Source of the DNA: Gemmatimonadota bacterium
GTDB taxonomy: Bacteria > Gemmatimonadota > Gemmatimonadetes > Gemmatimonadales > GWC2-71-9
DNA: 64,000 bases
Assembly (NCBI GenBank): GCA_036679645.1
Contig: JAZDCY010000014.1
Location: 192,001-256,000 of the forward strand
Direction of reading: 5' to 3'
The position numbers and the translations under genes were made by a program. Under the pieces are notes generated by a model. The model was not told the DNA's origin. It worked only from the letters and a program-made list of their open reading frames with translations, and did not search any database. Below, piece after piece: positions 38,557 to 49,200 of the stretch (position 1 is the first letter of the stretch; every line of letters starts with the position of its first letter).

Positions 38557-41478
38557 ATGGCTCAGATCATCGACCGCCTCACCGCTGCCCTCGCCGACCG
38601 CTACAGAATCCAGCGGGAGATCGGCAGTGGTGGCATGGCCACGGTCTACCTTGCGGAGGATCTGAAGCATCACCGCCAGGTAGCGGTCAAGGTGCTGCGG
38701 CCGGATCTTGCCGCAGCGTTGGGGTCGGAACGGTTTCTGCGGGAGATCGAAGTCGCCGCGCGGCTCATGCATCCCCACATCCTGCCGCTGCACGACTCGG
38801 GCGAGGCCGACGGCTTTCTCTTCTACGTGATGCCGTACGTCGCAGGCGAGTCGCTACGCGCCCGATTGGAGCGCGAGCACGAACTGCCCATCGGTGAGGC
38901 GGTTCGCATCCTGCGCGACGTGGTCGACGCGCTCGCCTCCGCACATCGCCACGGCGTCGTGCATCGGGATATCAAACCCGACAACGTGTTGATGAGCGAG
39001 GGCCACGCGCTGGTGACGGATTTCGGCGTGGCCAAGGCGGTGAGCGAGGCCACCGGCCGCGGGCAGATCACCACCGCGGGCGTGGCACTGGGTACGCCGG
39101 CGTACATGGCACCCGAGCAGGCATCGGCAGATCCCAACATCGACCAGCGCGTGGACATCTACGCGGTGGGCGTAATGGCGTACGAGCTGCTCACCGGACA
39201 ACCACCGTTCACCGGCGCCACTGCGCAGGCCATCCTCTCGGCGCAGGTGATGAAGGCGCCCGAGCCCATCACGACCCATCGACAGACGGTACCGCCCGAA
39301 CTCGAGGCGATCGTGATGCGATGCCTGGAGAAGAAGCCCGCGGACCGCTGGCAAAACGCTGAGGAGCTGCTGCCGTCGTTGGAGGCCCTGACGACGTCGA
39401 GCGGTGGGATCACGCCCACGGACACGCGGCCCGTCACGGGCATCAGTGCCGCACCGATTCGGAGCAAAGGCGTATTGCTCGGTACCGGTGCATTGGTGGT
39501 GGCCGCAGCCGCGGCGGGCGGGTTCCTCCTGTTCGGCGGTGGGGAGGACCTCGATCTGGACGCGAACCTGCTCGCGATCGCGCCCTTCGACCTGGTGGCG
39601 GGCGATGAGCGCCTGGAAGACTGGCGCGAGGGGATTTCCGATATCGTCTCGCGTCACCTCGACGGCGTGGGGCCGTTGTCGACGCTTTCCACCACCGTGG
39701 CGGTGAACCGCTGGCAGGGACGGGCCGAGCCGGCGAGTGCCGCAGCGCTCGGCCGGGCAACGGGGGCGGGGTTGGTGGTGTTCGGAACGATCGTCGGGTC
39801 GGGGCCCGATTCGGCCCGCGTGCAGGCCACGATCTATGACGTGGTCGCCGGACGCGTAGTCGCCGAGACGGAGCTACGCGAGTCGCGCGACCGCGTAGAC
39901 CGGCTGGCCGATTCCTTATCCCTGCGGCTCGCCAACGCGCTCAGCGCCGAGCGCCAGTTCGGCAACGTCCGGCTCTCTCGCCTCGGCTCCACGTCGCCGG
40001 CGGCGGTCAAGGCGTTTCTCCGTGGCGAGCAACTGTTCCGTCATGCAGTGTGGGACTCGGCGGCAGCCGCGTACGAAGAAGCCACCGGACTCGACAGCAC
40101 CTTCGCGCTCGCATGGTGGCGCCTCGGGAGTGCTCGAGGGTGGGGCGCCGGAGGCGACTCGCCCGGAGCGTACCGGCGAGCCGGCGAGTTGAACCACGGC
40201 CTGCCGCCGCGTGACAGCCTGCTCATCCGCATCACCACGCTCTATACGCTTCAAGGACAGTACGACAGCGCGTGGGAGGCGAATCGTTCCGAGTATTGGC
40301 GCACGGTCCGTGGGGGCGTGCAGCGCTATCCGCAGGAACCGTGGATGTGGTACGCGCTGGGTGAAGCACAACTACACCGTGGAGTCGGTGCGGAGGAACA
40401 CCCGGACAGCGCGTACGTCGCATTCGATCGCGCGCTCGCGCTCGACTCCACCATGGTCGAGCCGCTCGTGCACGCCGTCGAGGCGGCCATGTATCGGGAC
40501 GGCGGGATCGAAGCAAGCCGCTACATCGAAGCCGCTCTGGCGACGAGTCCGGGCGAGGATGCACGCGCGGGCTGGGAGCTCACACGTGCGATCGTGGATT
40601 CCGGCCTGACAGGCGACGTGCTCACGGAGCGTCTGGCCACCATGTCCACCTCTGCGATCACGCGGGCCCACACGAATCTCACGCACTGGCCGGGCTCAGC
40701 CGATGCCGTACTAGCGGTGGCTGCGGAGAGGGCAGAGCGCGTCGGCATCTCCTTCCCGCTTGTGGGTACGCTCGCGCTGCGCGGTCGGCTGCGGGAGGCT
40801 GCCGCCGCCTCTGGCAGCATCTGGAACGGCTACCAACGCGCGGTGGCGAGTAGCTGGGGCGCCCTGCCTAGCGACACCGCGCAAGCTATCTTCGACGTGG
40901 CACTCCAACAGATTGAGGGCAACGACTCCGACGCTGACTTTCTGGGGTGGTACGCGGTACTACCCTGGCTCGCGCAACAACAGGACACCGTCCGGCTGGA
41001 ACGTGGACTCGAGGGGATCAGATCCGGGTGGCGCGAGGCACCGGACTCGATCCGGCGGCAGTTCACCCAGCGCGAGGGTTTTGCGTGGAGTGAAGCGATG
41101 GTAGCCGGCTACCTCGCCCTGGCACGTGGAGACACGGCTGGGGCACTCGACGCCCTCGCGCAGAGTCGCTTCCACCGTTTCGCCCCGGTCTTCCTGAACG
41201 AGTACCTCACGCGCGCACGCCTGCTCGCCGCCACCGGCCGCGATTCGGAGGCGCTGGCGATTCTCGAGCACGGCGGCATGGGCAGTGGCATCCCGATGGC
41301 CGAGCAGGCATTGTGGATTCTCGAACGCGGGCGCATCCACCGGCGACTCGGCAACCGCGACGAGGCGATCCGCGATTTTTCATACGTCGCGGCCATCTGG
41401 GAGACCGCGGACGACGTGTTGCAACCGCTGGTGCAGGAAGCGCGCGACGCGGTGGCGGAGTTGACGGGCGAGCGGTAG
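38557..41478 (+). CDS. Membrane Ser/Thr kinase with TolB-like and TPR C-terminal region
   Basis: HRDIKPDN, DFG, GTPAYMAPEQ, TM, TPR-like helices. Confidence 0.92.
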   Translation: MAQIIDRLTAALADRYRIQREIGSGGMATVYLAEDLKHHRQVAVKVLRPDLAAALGSERFLREIEVAARLMHPHILPLHDSGEADGFLFYVMPYVAGESLRARLEREHELPIGEAVRILRDVVDALASAHRHGVVHRDIKPDNVLMSEGHALVTDFGVAKAVSEATGRGQITTAGVALGTPAYMAPEQASADPNIDQRVDIYAVGVMAYELLTGQPPFTGATAQAILSAQVMKAPEPITTHRQTVPPELEAIVMRCLEKKPADRWQNAEELLPSLEALTTSSGGITPTDTRPVTGISAAPIRSKGVLLGTGALVVAAAAAGGFLLFGGGEDLDLDANLLAIAPFDLVAGDERLEDWREGISDIVSRHLDGVGPLSTLSTTVAVNRWQGRAEPASAAALGRATGAGLVVFGTIVGSGPDSARVQATIYDVVAGRVVAETELRESRDRVDRLADSLSLRLANALSAERQFGNVRLSRLGSTSPAAVKAFLRGEQLFRHAVWDSAAAAYEEATGLDSTFALAWWRLGSARGWGAGGDSPGAYRRAGELNHGLPPRDSLLIRITTLYTLQGQYDSAWEANRSEYWRTVRGGVQRYPQEPWMWYALGEAQLHRGVGAEEHPDSAYVAFDRALALDSTMVEPLVHAVEAAMYRDGGIEASRYIEAALATSPGEDARAGWELTRAIVDSGLTGDVLTERLATMSTSAITRAHTNLTHWPGSADAVLAVAAERAERVGISFPLVGTLALRGRLREAAAASGSIWNGYQRAVASSWGALPSDTAQAIFDVALQQIEGNDSDADFLGWYAVLPWLAQQQDTVRLERGLEGIRSGWREAPDSIRRQFTQREGFAWSEAMVAGYLALARGDTAGALDALAQSRFHRFAPVFLNEYLTRARLLAATGRDSEALAILEHGGMGSGIPMAEQALWILERGRIHRRLGNRDEAIRDFSYVAAIWETADDVLQPLVQEARDAVAELTGER

Positions 41479-41484
41479 AAGCCA

Positions 41485-41647
41485 GCGGCTTCATGCCGCC
41501 GATCCTCGCCGCGACGATGCACTGCCCGAACTTCGGCTGCGTGAGATGACCCGCGGGTAAACCCGCGGCTCGGCTCTTCCGCTAAAGCGGATTGAGGCGC
41601 GGCCGATTCATCGGCAGAGCCCAGCGGCGGCTTCATGCCGCCGATCC
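41485..41647. repeat. Cluster of REP-like hairpins
   Basis: GCGGCTTCATGCCGCCGATCC at 41485 and 41627 around the 41547 palindrome. Confidence 0.75.
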
Positions 41648-41689
41648 AACCATATCGCAATGACACTATCTTTCAAGTAATTTCATAAT

Positions 41690-43402
41690 GTGACACCTCA
41701 TCCGACGAGGACGCACTTGAGAACCGGCGGGCTGGGCAGCATCACACTCATCGTCACCGCACTAGCACTTGGGTGCGGGGGTGGCACGCGCAACGCGCAA
41801 ACAACCCCGCAACCACGGGCTGCTCCGCCGAGGCTGGCCGTCGTACTGGTAGTGGACCAGATGCGGGCGGACTACCTCGACCGCTTCGCCGACCAGTTCA
41901 CGGGAGGCCTGAACTGGCTTCGGAGTGAGGGCGCCCGCTTCAGCAACGCCCACCAGGACCACGCGCGTACCGAGACCGCCCCCGGACACGCCACCCTGTC
42001 CACCGGCCTGTTCCCCTCTCACCACGGCATCGTGGGGAACTCCTTCTACCAGCGATCGACCCAGACCCGCGAGTACTCGGCTGGTGACAGTACCTCACCG
42101 CTCATCGGGTTCCCGGACGAAGCAGGAAGGTCTCCAGCGCCACTCCTCACCACCACCATCGGCGACTGGCTGAAGGAGGTCTCCCCGGCCTCGAAGACCT
42201 ACTCGGTCGCCATCAAGGACCGCTCAGCCATCCTGATGGGCGGCAAACGGCCTGACGGGGTCTACTGGTACCACAGCAACACCGGCCGCTGGATCACGTC
42301 GACGTACTACCGCGCCGCATACCCCGCGTGGGTTGAGACATTCAACAACGCGCAGCACGCTGCCGCCTATTTCGGGCGGGAGTGGACCTTGTGTTGCGAG
42401 GAAGATGCGTACGCAAGATCTCGGGAAGATGCGTTTCCCGCGGAAGCCGACGGCACTCACACCACCTTCCCGCACCTGATGGGACAAACAAATGGAGAGC
42501 CAGGTCGGCGGTTCTTCACCGCTCTCCCTAATTCACCGTTTGGCACCGAGCTCACGCTGGCGTTTGCTCGGCAGCTGATCGCCAATGAGGGCCTAGGGAC
42601 CGATTCAATTCCCGACATCGTGTTCCTCGGCGTTTCATCCGCCGACTACGTAGGTCACGCATATGGCCCGTTCAGTAGAGAAGTGCAGGACTACTACCTG
42701 CGCCTCGACCGCTATCTCGGCGAGTTCTTTTCGTACCTCGACGCACACATCGGCGCAGGCCGGTACGTCGTTGTCCTGAGCGCCGACCACGGAGTGGCCG
42801 TCATGCCGGAGGAACTGACTCGGCGCGGTGTCGAGGCGGGACGGTTTGATCCAGGGCCACTCGTGCAAGAGATCAGGCAGCTGGGCCGATCAGCCGCAGA
42901 AGCAGGCGAGCTGCCCACCGCACCCGAACTCGTATTCAATGGAGGTATAGCGCTCCGCTTTCCAGATCGGCCGCCTACATCCGATCAGTTGACTGCGTTT
43001 CGCAGCCGCCTCGCGGATCTGCTTTTGTCCAAACCACACATTGACCAAGCGTACACCTACGAGGAACTCCTCCAGGGTGCCGGCGCCGGCCTAATTTTCG
43101 ATCGCCATCTGCGGAGCTTTTACCCCGACCGCTCGGCCGATGTCGTGCTCAATCTGACTGAGAACTATCTGACTGGGACCACTCCGCGCCGAACGACACA
43201 CGGCTCACCCTGGGACTACGACACACACGTTCCGCTGGTGTTCGCGGGGCCGGGCACGGTGCCCGGAGAACACCTCGAGTACACACGCACCGTTGACATG
43301 GCCCCGACGCTGGCTCGCCTGTTGGGCATCACGCCGCCGGACGATCTGGACGGCCGGGCGCTCCCTGTCGGTCAGTCGTTGCCACCCATCGACAGGAAAT
43401 AG
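41690..43402 (+). CDS. Alkaline phosphatase family lipoprotein (PafA-like)
   Basis: Lipobox LGC, VVDQMRADYL, TAPGHAT, KDRSA, DYVGH, SADHG, THGSPWDYD. Confidence 0.92.
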   Translation: MTPHPTRTHLRTGGLGSITLIVTALALGCGGGTRNAQTTPQPRAAPPRLAVVLVVDQMRADYLDRFADQFTGGLNWLRSEGARFSNAHQDHARTETAPGHATLSTGLFPSHHGIVGNSFYQRSTQTREYSAGDSTSPLIGFPDEAGRSPAPLLTTTIGDWLKEVSPASKTYSVAIKDRSAILMGGKRPDGVYWYHSNTGRWITSTYYRAAYPAWVETFNNAQHAAAYFGREWTLCCEEDAYARSREDAFPAEADGTHTTFPHLMGQTNGEPGRRFFTALPNSPFGTELTLAFARQLIANEGLGTDSIPDIVFLGVSSADYVGHAYGPFSREVQDYYLRLDRYLGEFFSYLDAHIGAGRYVVVLSADHGVAVMPEELTRRGVEAGRFDPGPLVQEIRQLGRSAAEAGELPTAPELVFNGGIALRFPDRPPTSDQLTAFRSRLADLLLSKPHIDQAYTYEELLQGAGAGLIFDRHLRSFYPDRSADVVLNLTENYLTGTTPRRTTHGSPWDYDTHVPLVFAGPGTVPGEHLEYTRTVDMAPTLARLLGITPPDDLDGRALPVGQSLPPIDRK

Positions 43403-43444
43403 CGCGACGCGTGAGGGAGGCTCGCGCCGGCGGGCCCGGCTGTC

Positions 43445-44149
43445 TCACTTTTGCGTCCCCAACGGCACGAACCGCACCAAACTCAACCCGATCGCAAAAC
43501 ATATCGCAGCGTAGCCACCTACCCATGCAACGTGCCACCAATCGACGCCGGTCGCGGGAAACAACGGGTTATCCAGCAGATGGCCGGGAGGAAAGAGCAC
43601 AGTGAAGATCTTGCCCCTGATTGATTCGGCGGGCGGATACCAATTGCGTATCCCCGAACCCATAATAAACAGGAACAAGCCGATCAACCAGTCCAGCCGA
43701 ACCACTCGTGACAGCGCGAAGATGACCGACCCGAAAAGAACGAAACTGGCGATCATCTCGAGGAACAGTAGTCCCGGCCACGCGGGCTGAACCACCACGG
43801 CAAACAGGCCGACCATGATGAACTGCACCGCGAAGAACGTGATTGCGGCCGCGATGAATGCCTGCGTGTAGTAGAGTACCGGATTGATGGGCTTGGAAAA
43901 CAGAAAACGAAAATAGCCGCGCCTAACATCCTCCCCGATAATGCTGTACGTGGCCACCATGATCAGGAACGCCGATGTGCCCTGCAACGTGTTGCCCAAT
44001 AGCGCGCCGACATCGGCGTCTTCAGCAATAGGAACGGCCCCCAGCAACAGCGGCAGGCTCAGCATCACTGCGATGACCAACATGGCGGCGCCGCGGGTCA
44101 GGACGATGTCGCGGAGTTGACGCGGGAAGTACGCGAGGAGTGTGGTCAT
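43445..44149 (-). CDS. ABC-2 type transporter permease
   Basis: Six TM, EDVRRGYFRFLFSKP; coupled to ATPase. Confidence 0.8.
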   Translation of the reverse strand: MTTLLAYFPRQLRDIVLTRGAAMLVIAVMLSLPLLLGAVPIAEDADVGALLGNTLQGTSAFLIMVATYSIIGEDVRRGYFRFLFSKPINPVLYYTQAFIAAAITFFAVQFIMVGLFAVVVQPAWPGLLFLEMIASFVLFGSVIFALSRVVRLDWLIGLFLFIMGSGIRNWYPPAESIRGKIFTVLFPPGHLLDNPLFPATGVDWWHVAWVGGYAAICFAIGLSLVRFVPLGTQK

Positions 44150-45063
44150 CACTCCTCCCCCAGGGCTTCCATGAACGCCGCCTCGAGCCGGCTCCGGGCC
44201 GGGAAGAACGCCTGCACCTGTCCACCCTCCGCCAAGAACCGAGCGAGCCCCGCATTCAAATCGGCGAGACCGCCGCGCACGTCGTACATCACCTGCCGGG
44301 CGTTCTCCACGCGTTCCGCCCCGGGGAACGCCGCCTGCAACGCATCGTGCTCGCCCTGCAACACCAACCGATAGTGCTGGATTTCCCCAGAGGGAGCGCG
44401 GTGTGTGCTCACCTGGCGGGATAGAGCGCCCTTGTCCAGGATCGCCACGTTGTCCGCGAGGCGCTCGAGTTCGTCGAGATTGTGCGAGGCGATGATGATG
44501 ATGCGGTCGTCGCGACGGAGGCCGACCACGATATCGCGAAATCGCTGGGTCCACAGGGGGTCGAGGCCGTGGGTGGGTTCGTCCAACACCACGAGGTCAC
44601 TGTCACTCAGCAGCGCCTGGGTCAGGCCGAGTCGCTGCAGGTTGCCCTTCGACAGTTGCTTGACCCGTTTGGATTTGTGTTCCTCCAGGCCCAGTCGTTC
44701 AATGGCCTCTCCTACTACGCGTGTCCTATCCCGCTCCTTGACCCCGGCCAGCACCGAATAGCGTTTGAGTGCTCCGGTGACGGTCCACCACGTGGGGATA
44801 GCGACGAGTTCGGAGAGATACGCGACGCCGTGTCGTTCGACGTGGTGGCGCGGCGTGTCTCCGTCGATACGAACCGTTCCGCGATTCGGCCGGAGAAACC
44901 CCAAGGCGAGCCCGATCATCGTCGTCTTGCCCGCGCCATTCGGTCCGGCAATGCCGAATACCTCACCGCGCTCGATCGTGAGCGTTAGATCCTTCAACGC
45001 TTCCGTCGTACGCGGCGGTATGAGGCTCTTGTATTCTTTGGAGACGCTCGTGAATTCGATCAA
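44149..45063 (-). CDS. ABC transporter ATP-binding protein
   Basis: GPNGAGKTT, LSKGN, LDEPT, SHNL. Confidence 0.95.
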   Translation of the reverse strand: MIEFTSVSKEYKSLIPPRTTEALKDLTLTIERGEVFGIAGPNGAGKTTMIGLALGFLRPNRGTVRIDGDTPRHHVERHGVAYLSELVAIPTWWTVTGALKRYSVLAGVKERDRTRVVGEAIERLGLEEHKSKRVKQLSKGNLQRLGLTQALLSDSDLVVLDEPTHGLDPLWTQRFRDIVVGLRRDDRIIIIASHNLDELERLADNVAILDKGALSRQVSTHRAPSGEIQHYRLVLQGEHDALQAAFPGAERVENARQVMYDVRGGLADLNAGLARFLAEGGQVQAFFPARSRLEAAFMEALGEE

Positions 45064-45217
45064 AGAGATGGGATCCGTATGGGGCTGCTGGTTTGCGCGT
45101 GACCATGCGCCACGCTGGGAAAACTTGGCCGCTCAGGGCCCAAATATGAGCCCGGGGCATGCGTAGTCAAGAAACGGGCAACCTACGACGCGCCGACCCG
45201 AACACTCCGCCGCAACC

Positions 45218-45995
45218 TCATGGTGTGAACACATCGACAGCCGCTGTTTGTGCGAATCCGGCGCGGGGCGCCGCCTCCTATCATGAAGATCCGGCCACCC
45301 AGCCCAACCGCACCCAGTCCGTGTCGTGCCGTGGGCATCGCCTCGAGCGGACGCCAGGAGTTGGTCACGATATCGTAGGCCTCGTGCTCGTCGAACACGC
45401 GAGTCGAGGTCTCACCCCCATAGGCATAGATGACGCCGCCCAGCGCAGCCACCGCTAACCCGCCTCTCGCCGTCGGCAGCGGTGCGAGGCTGCGCCACGA
45501 GTCGGACGCGAGGTCGTAAACGTCCACCGAGTTCAGGTTACGGTCCGGGTCGAGCGGACGGCCGCCAACCGCGTAGAGCAAATCGCCCACGACGGCAGCA
45601 CCAAGATGATCGCGCCGCGTCGGGATCGGGGCACCGCGCGACCAGGAGTTGGTCGAGGGGTCGTAGATGGCAATCGAATCCACCTATCGCATACAGCGAG
45701 TCGTTGGCGACGACCAACGGCATGTGGTGCCTAGCATTAGGGAGCGGACCGATCCCGGTCCATGTGTCAGACGCGCGATCGTACCGGTACGCGACGCTAG
45801 TGGCAGCCCCGTTCGCGTTGATCCCACCAGCGACAACAATATCCCCCCGTAGCACTGCAGCGAAAAGCTCCTGCAACGGTTCAGGCAAAGACGCGGCGCC
45901 AGACCATGCGCCCGACGCATCTGTGTCGGTGGTGTCGCCGCATCCAGCCGCGAGAACGGCTGCGAACGCGAGACGTATTGGTAGGGTACGGTTCG
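45218..45995 (-). pseudogene. Kelch-repeat lipoprotein with two frame breaks (~45684, ~45270)
   Basis: LAAGC lipobox; repeated GG...YD...W kelch motifs spread over three frames. Confidence 0.8.
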
Positions 45996-46126
45996 TGATC
46001 GTCGCTTGACGGTTTGGAGGAGCGCGGAGCAAACCCGCATAGGTGTCTACAATCATCTACCCTGCGTGGCCGTCAGGTTCCTCGGCCGGGCTCGTCGAAG
46101 GCGAAGGTGGTGAGGCGCGACTCGCG

Positions 46127-47938
46127 TTACTTGATCGTCACGAGGGCATATCCCTCGATCGAGCGCAGCACGACGGTGCTGTCGGTGTCGGCACCGCGCA
46201 AACTCGAGAAGTACACGATGACGCGCGCCCGCTCGTCGTCGATCGCACTCCGCAGCACTGTCGGAGGCAACCCGCTACCATCCGCGTCCGAGTTGTCGCT
46301 CAGATATGCACGGGCGGCCTCGAGGGCCGGATCGACCGGAACCTCCGTGATCACCGCGCCCCTCATGCGGATCTGGATGACCCGGCGGTTGAACACCGTC
46401 CACGCAACGAGACCGGTGTCTGACTCGACGGTTCGCTGGCTCCGCAGGCGCACCGCGTACTCATAACCGCTCAAGGGCATCACCAGCCCGGTATGGTCGG
46501 CGACGTATTCGATTCTGCGGTTCGGTTCCCGCTGCCACCGGCTCACGTACTCGATGCCGAGGTAATCCCCGATCGCTTTGGCCTGCGCGGTGATGCGACG
46601 AGACTCCGGCGTATTCTCGACCACCGCCGCAATCGTCGACAGTGAGTCCCCAAACCAGGCATCGATCCCGCCCGTGCCGTGCGTCTCCAGGACATAGCGG
46701 AAGCCGGCGTTGATCTCGCGCGCCTGATCGAAGGTGACCGCCCGGTCGCTCGGTATCGCCCGGTCATTTGCGAATCGCTGGTTGGCTGTCAATAGAGCCT
46801 CGAGGCGGTTGGTCTGACTTCGTTCGGAAATGCTGTACGGTCCCCACGGACCCGCGAGCGTGAGAAAGGCGACGAGACAGAGCGAGGCGGGAATGGGTGT
46901 GATGTTTCGTGAGCGTGTCCGGGCGTAGTGAATCGCGATACCGGCGAGCCAGAACGAGAGCACGAGCAGGAAATAGCGTCGCTCCGTCACACCGTACTGC
47001 TCAATGCGCTGCCAGATCGCGAGCCAGAGCATCACGATGGCCGGGAGGAGCGTGATGTAAAACCACCTAGTGTAGGTAGCGACCCATCGGTTCGCGTGTT
47101 CCTCGGCGACGGGATACACGAGCAGCAACGCGAGTATGCCCACCGCCGCTACGCTCGAGACCAGCCATCCAATCCATCCGCTCGGCCAATCCCATGTGAC
47201 CAGCACCTTGGCCAAATACGCCATGAGAATCACGAGGTACGTGACGACAAGCGGAATCAACACGTATTGCGTGAACCTCTTGAGGCCTGGCGGATAGTCG
47301 TGTCGATCCTCGAGCGCGCTCAGGTCGTTCGGAATACCGGCAAGGAAGAACCACGTATTGAACAAGAATGCGGCGACGACCCAGAGCCGACCGTACGCCT
47401 CTCCCGGAATGTTCGCAGCGAAGAGTTGGCCGATCGCGGCCAGGGCGATTGCGAACCCGCCGTACAGGACCACGGTGTACAGCGCACCGGTGACAAAGCG
47501 TTCGAGTAGCAGGCGGTTGTACTGCCAGAATCCGTTTTGCTCGCGAAAACACAGAAACGGAAGAAATGACACCGACAGGTGAAAGGCGACGCTCATTTGG
47601 AAGTACCGCGCCACGCGTACCGGTTCGGACCAACCTGGCCACGACATATAGACGAGGGTGAGCGCCGCGACGCCGGTGAGAGCAACGAGTGCTCGCGTCG
47701 TCGCTCCGTGTCGCCGGCGCTCGCCATACAACTGCAACGCAATGAAGAGCGGGATCCCCAGGGAAGTCGCGACGAGAAGGCGACCGCGCAGTTCCGACGG
47801 CCCCACCTGGTCGATCGCCAGAATTCCCGCAACCACGGAAAGGAACCCGGCAGCCATGACGAGCGGAAAGCGTGTTGCGGTACGCCGGGCAGAGTCTATG
47901 ACCGGCCCTAGCGTGGGGAGCGAGGATGCGGTAGGCAT
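46127..47938 (-). CDS. DUF4153 family membrane protein
   Basis: RFPL N-terminus, FWQYN, RIEQYGVTERRY, SERSQTNRL. Confidence 0.8.
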   Translation of the reverse strand: MPTASSLPTLGPVIDSARRTATRFPLVMAAGFLSVVAGILAIDQVGPSELRGRLLVATSLGIPLFIALQLYGERRRHGATTRALVALTGVAALTLVYMSWPGWSEPVRVARYFQMSVAFHLSVSFLPFLCFREQNGFWQYNRLLLERFVTGALYTVVLYGGFAIALAAIGQLFAANIPGEAYGRLWVVAAFLFNTWFFLAGIPNDLSALEDRHDYPPGLKRFTQYVLIPLVVTYLVILMAYLAKVLVTWDWPSGWIGWLVSSVAAVGILALLLVYPVAEEHANRWVATYTRWFYITLLPAIVMLWLAIWQRIEQYGVTERRYFLLVLSFWLAGIAIHYARTRSRNITPIPASLCLVAFLTLAGPWGPYSISERSQTNRLEALLTANQRFANDRAIPSDRAVTFDQAREINAGFRYVLETHGTGGIDAWFGDSLSTIAAVVENTPESRRITAQAKAIGDYLGIEYVSRWQREPNRRIEYVADHTGLVMPLSGYEYAVRLRSQRTVESDTGLVAWTVFNRRVIQIRMRGAVITEVPVDPALEAARAYLSDNSDADGSGLPPTVLRSAIDDERARVIVYFSSLRGADTDSTVVLRSIEGYALVTIK

Positions 47939-48184
47939 GTCGTGATTCGCTCACGTGTCGGATTCGCTGAAGATCCGCGTGGCGTCGCCGACGTCAAGTC
48001 TCGGTCGCCGAAGCAGCTCGCCAGACTGCCTCTGCGCGAGCCGACCCGAACGCGAGGGCAAGAGCCGGCAGGACTTGGATCATAAGCGCGCGCAGGTGTT
48101 CGCGGTCAGCGAACTCCTGCGCGCGCGTTGACAAGGGCCTAGCGGGCCTGGCAAAAACGCCGCGCATGAAGCGCGGCGCTTTGA

Positions 48185-48257
48185 CAGGCCCGGCAGGACT
48201 TGAACCTGCAACCTCCGGTTTTGGAGACCGGCGCTCCGCCAGTTGAGCTACGGGCCT
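48185..48257 (-). tRNA. tRNA-Trp(CCA)
   Basis: AGGCCCGTAGCTCAACTGGCGGAGCGCCGGTCTCCAAAACCGG...GGTTCAAGTCC cloverleaf. Confidence 0.95.
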
Positions 48258-48393
48258 ATACAGACAGACGCCTAGACGCTCAGCGTCTTGCAAACCACAC
48301 TCCGCTACGCGCTGCCAACGACCCACCACTGCGCGTCTGAGCGTCTCCCCACTCCAGACTGACAACGGGGTGGTGGGTGGTGGGGCGGCACAG

Positions 48394-48468
48394 GGTGGCT
48401 GACGGGAATTGAACCCGCAACCTCCGGAGCCACAGTCCGGCGCTCTAACCGATTGAGCTACAGCCACC
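48394..48468 (-). tRNA. tRNA-His(GTG)
   Basis: G-1/C73, loop CTGTGGC, GGTTCAATTCC T arm. Confidence 0.95.
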
Positions 48469-48521
48469 ACGACGACGTCCCACAATACGACTTGAAACGA
48501 TAAAGATAGCGGTTTCGAGGG

Positions 48522-49160
48522 TCAACCGGCGGGCACGCCGTTGAGCGCCGCCACCTCGCACACCCCCTGCACCGCATTGACGAGCACGAGCGGCTTCCCG
48601 ACGAGCGCGTCAGGCGTGCATCGCACCTCCTGCACGTCCAGCCCGGCGTCCGCAGCTACGTCCATCAACCGCGCCCGACCCACGCTCGGGAGGATGCCTA
48701 GGTCGAGGGCCGGAAGGCAGATCGCCTCGCCCTCGAACCACGCCAGCGCAAACCGCGGCGATTCCGCTACCCAGCCCTCTTCGGTGCACAGCAGTGGTTC
48801 GTCCGCCCCTTTCCTGCCGGCCTCCGCCGCGGCTCGCTCGAACATCGCCCGGTCGGTGGATTTGACCGGGTATCCGGTGTGTGGTTCCCGTACCAGGGCG
48901 AGCCGGATCGCTCCGTCCGCCGGAAGGTCCCGATCGTCCCACACAATCGCGCCGCCGTCCCACTGGATACGCACGACACGATCGGCGGGGGGGCGCAACC
49001 CATGGCCCTCGGCCTCCTCACGGATGTCGGGCGGAGGCGCCAGCAGATCGAGCCGGATACACGCGTCATGCAGCCGCGCCATGTGCCCGTCGAGCAGGGG
49101 GAGTGTCCCACGATACACCCGCATCATCTCGGTCAACCCGACCAACCCGGTTACCCTCAC
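48522..49160 (-). CDS. Aminotransferase class IV (aminodeoxychorismate lyase-like)
   Basis: EMMRV, HMARL, YPVKST, GILPSVGR, LVNAVQG. Confidence 0.75.
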   Translation of the reverse strand: MRVTGLVGLTEMMRVYRGTLPLLDGHMARLHDACIRLDLLAPPPDIREEAEGHGLRPPADRVVRIQWDGGAIVWDDRDLPADGAIRLALVREPHTGYPVKSTDRAMFERAAAEAGRKGADEPLLCTEEGWVAESPRFALAWFEGEAICLPALDLGILPSVGRARLMDVAADAGLDVQEVRCTPDALVGKPLVLVNAVQGVCEVAALNGVPAG

Positions 49161-49200
49161 GCCATCACGCCTTTCACGCCGAACCTCACCACCCAGTCCC

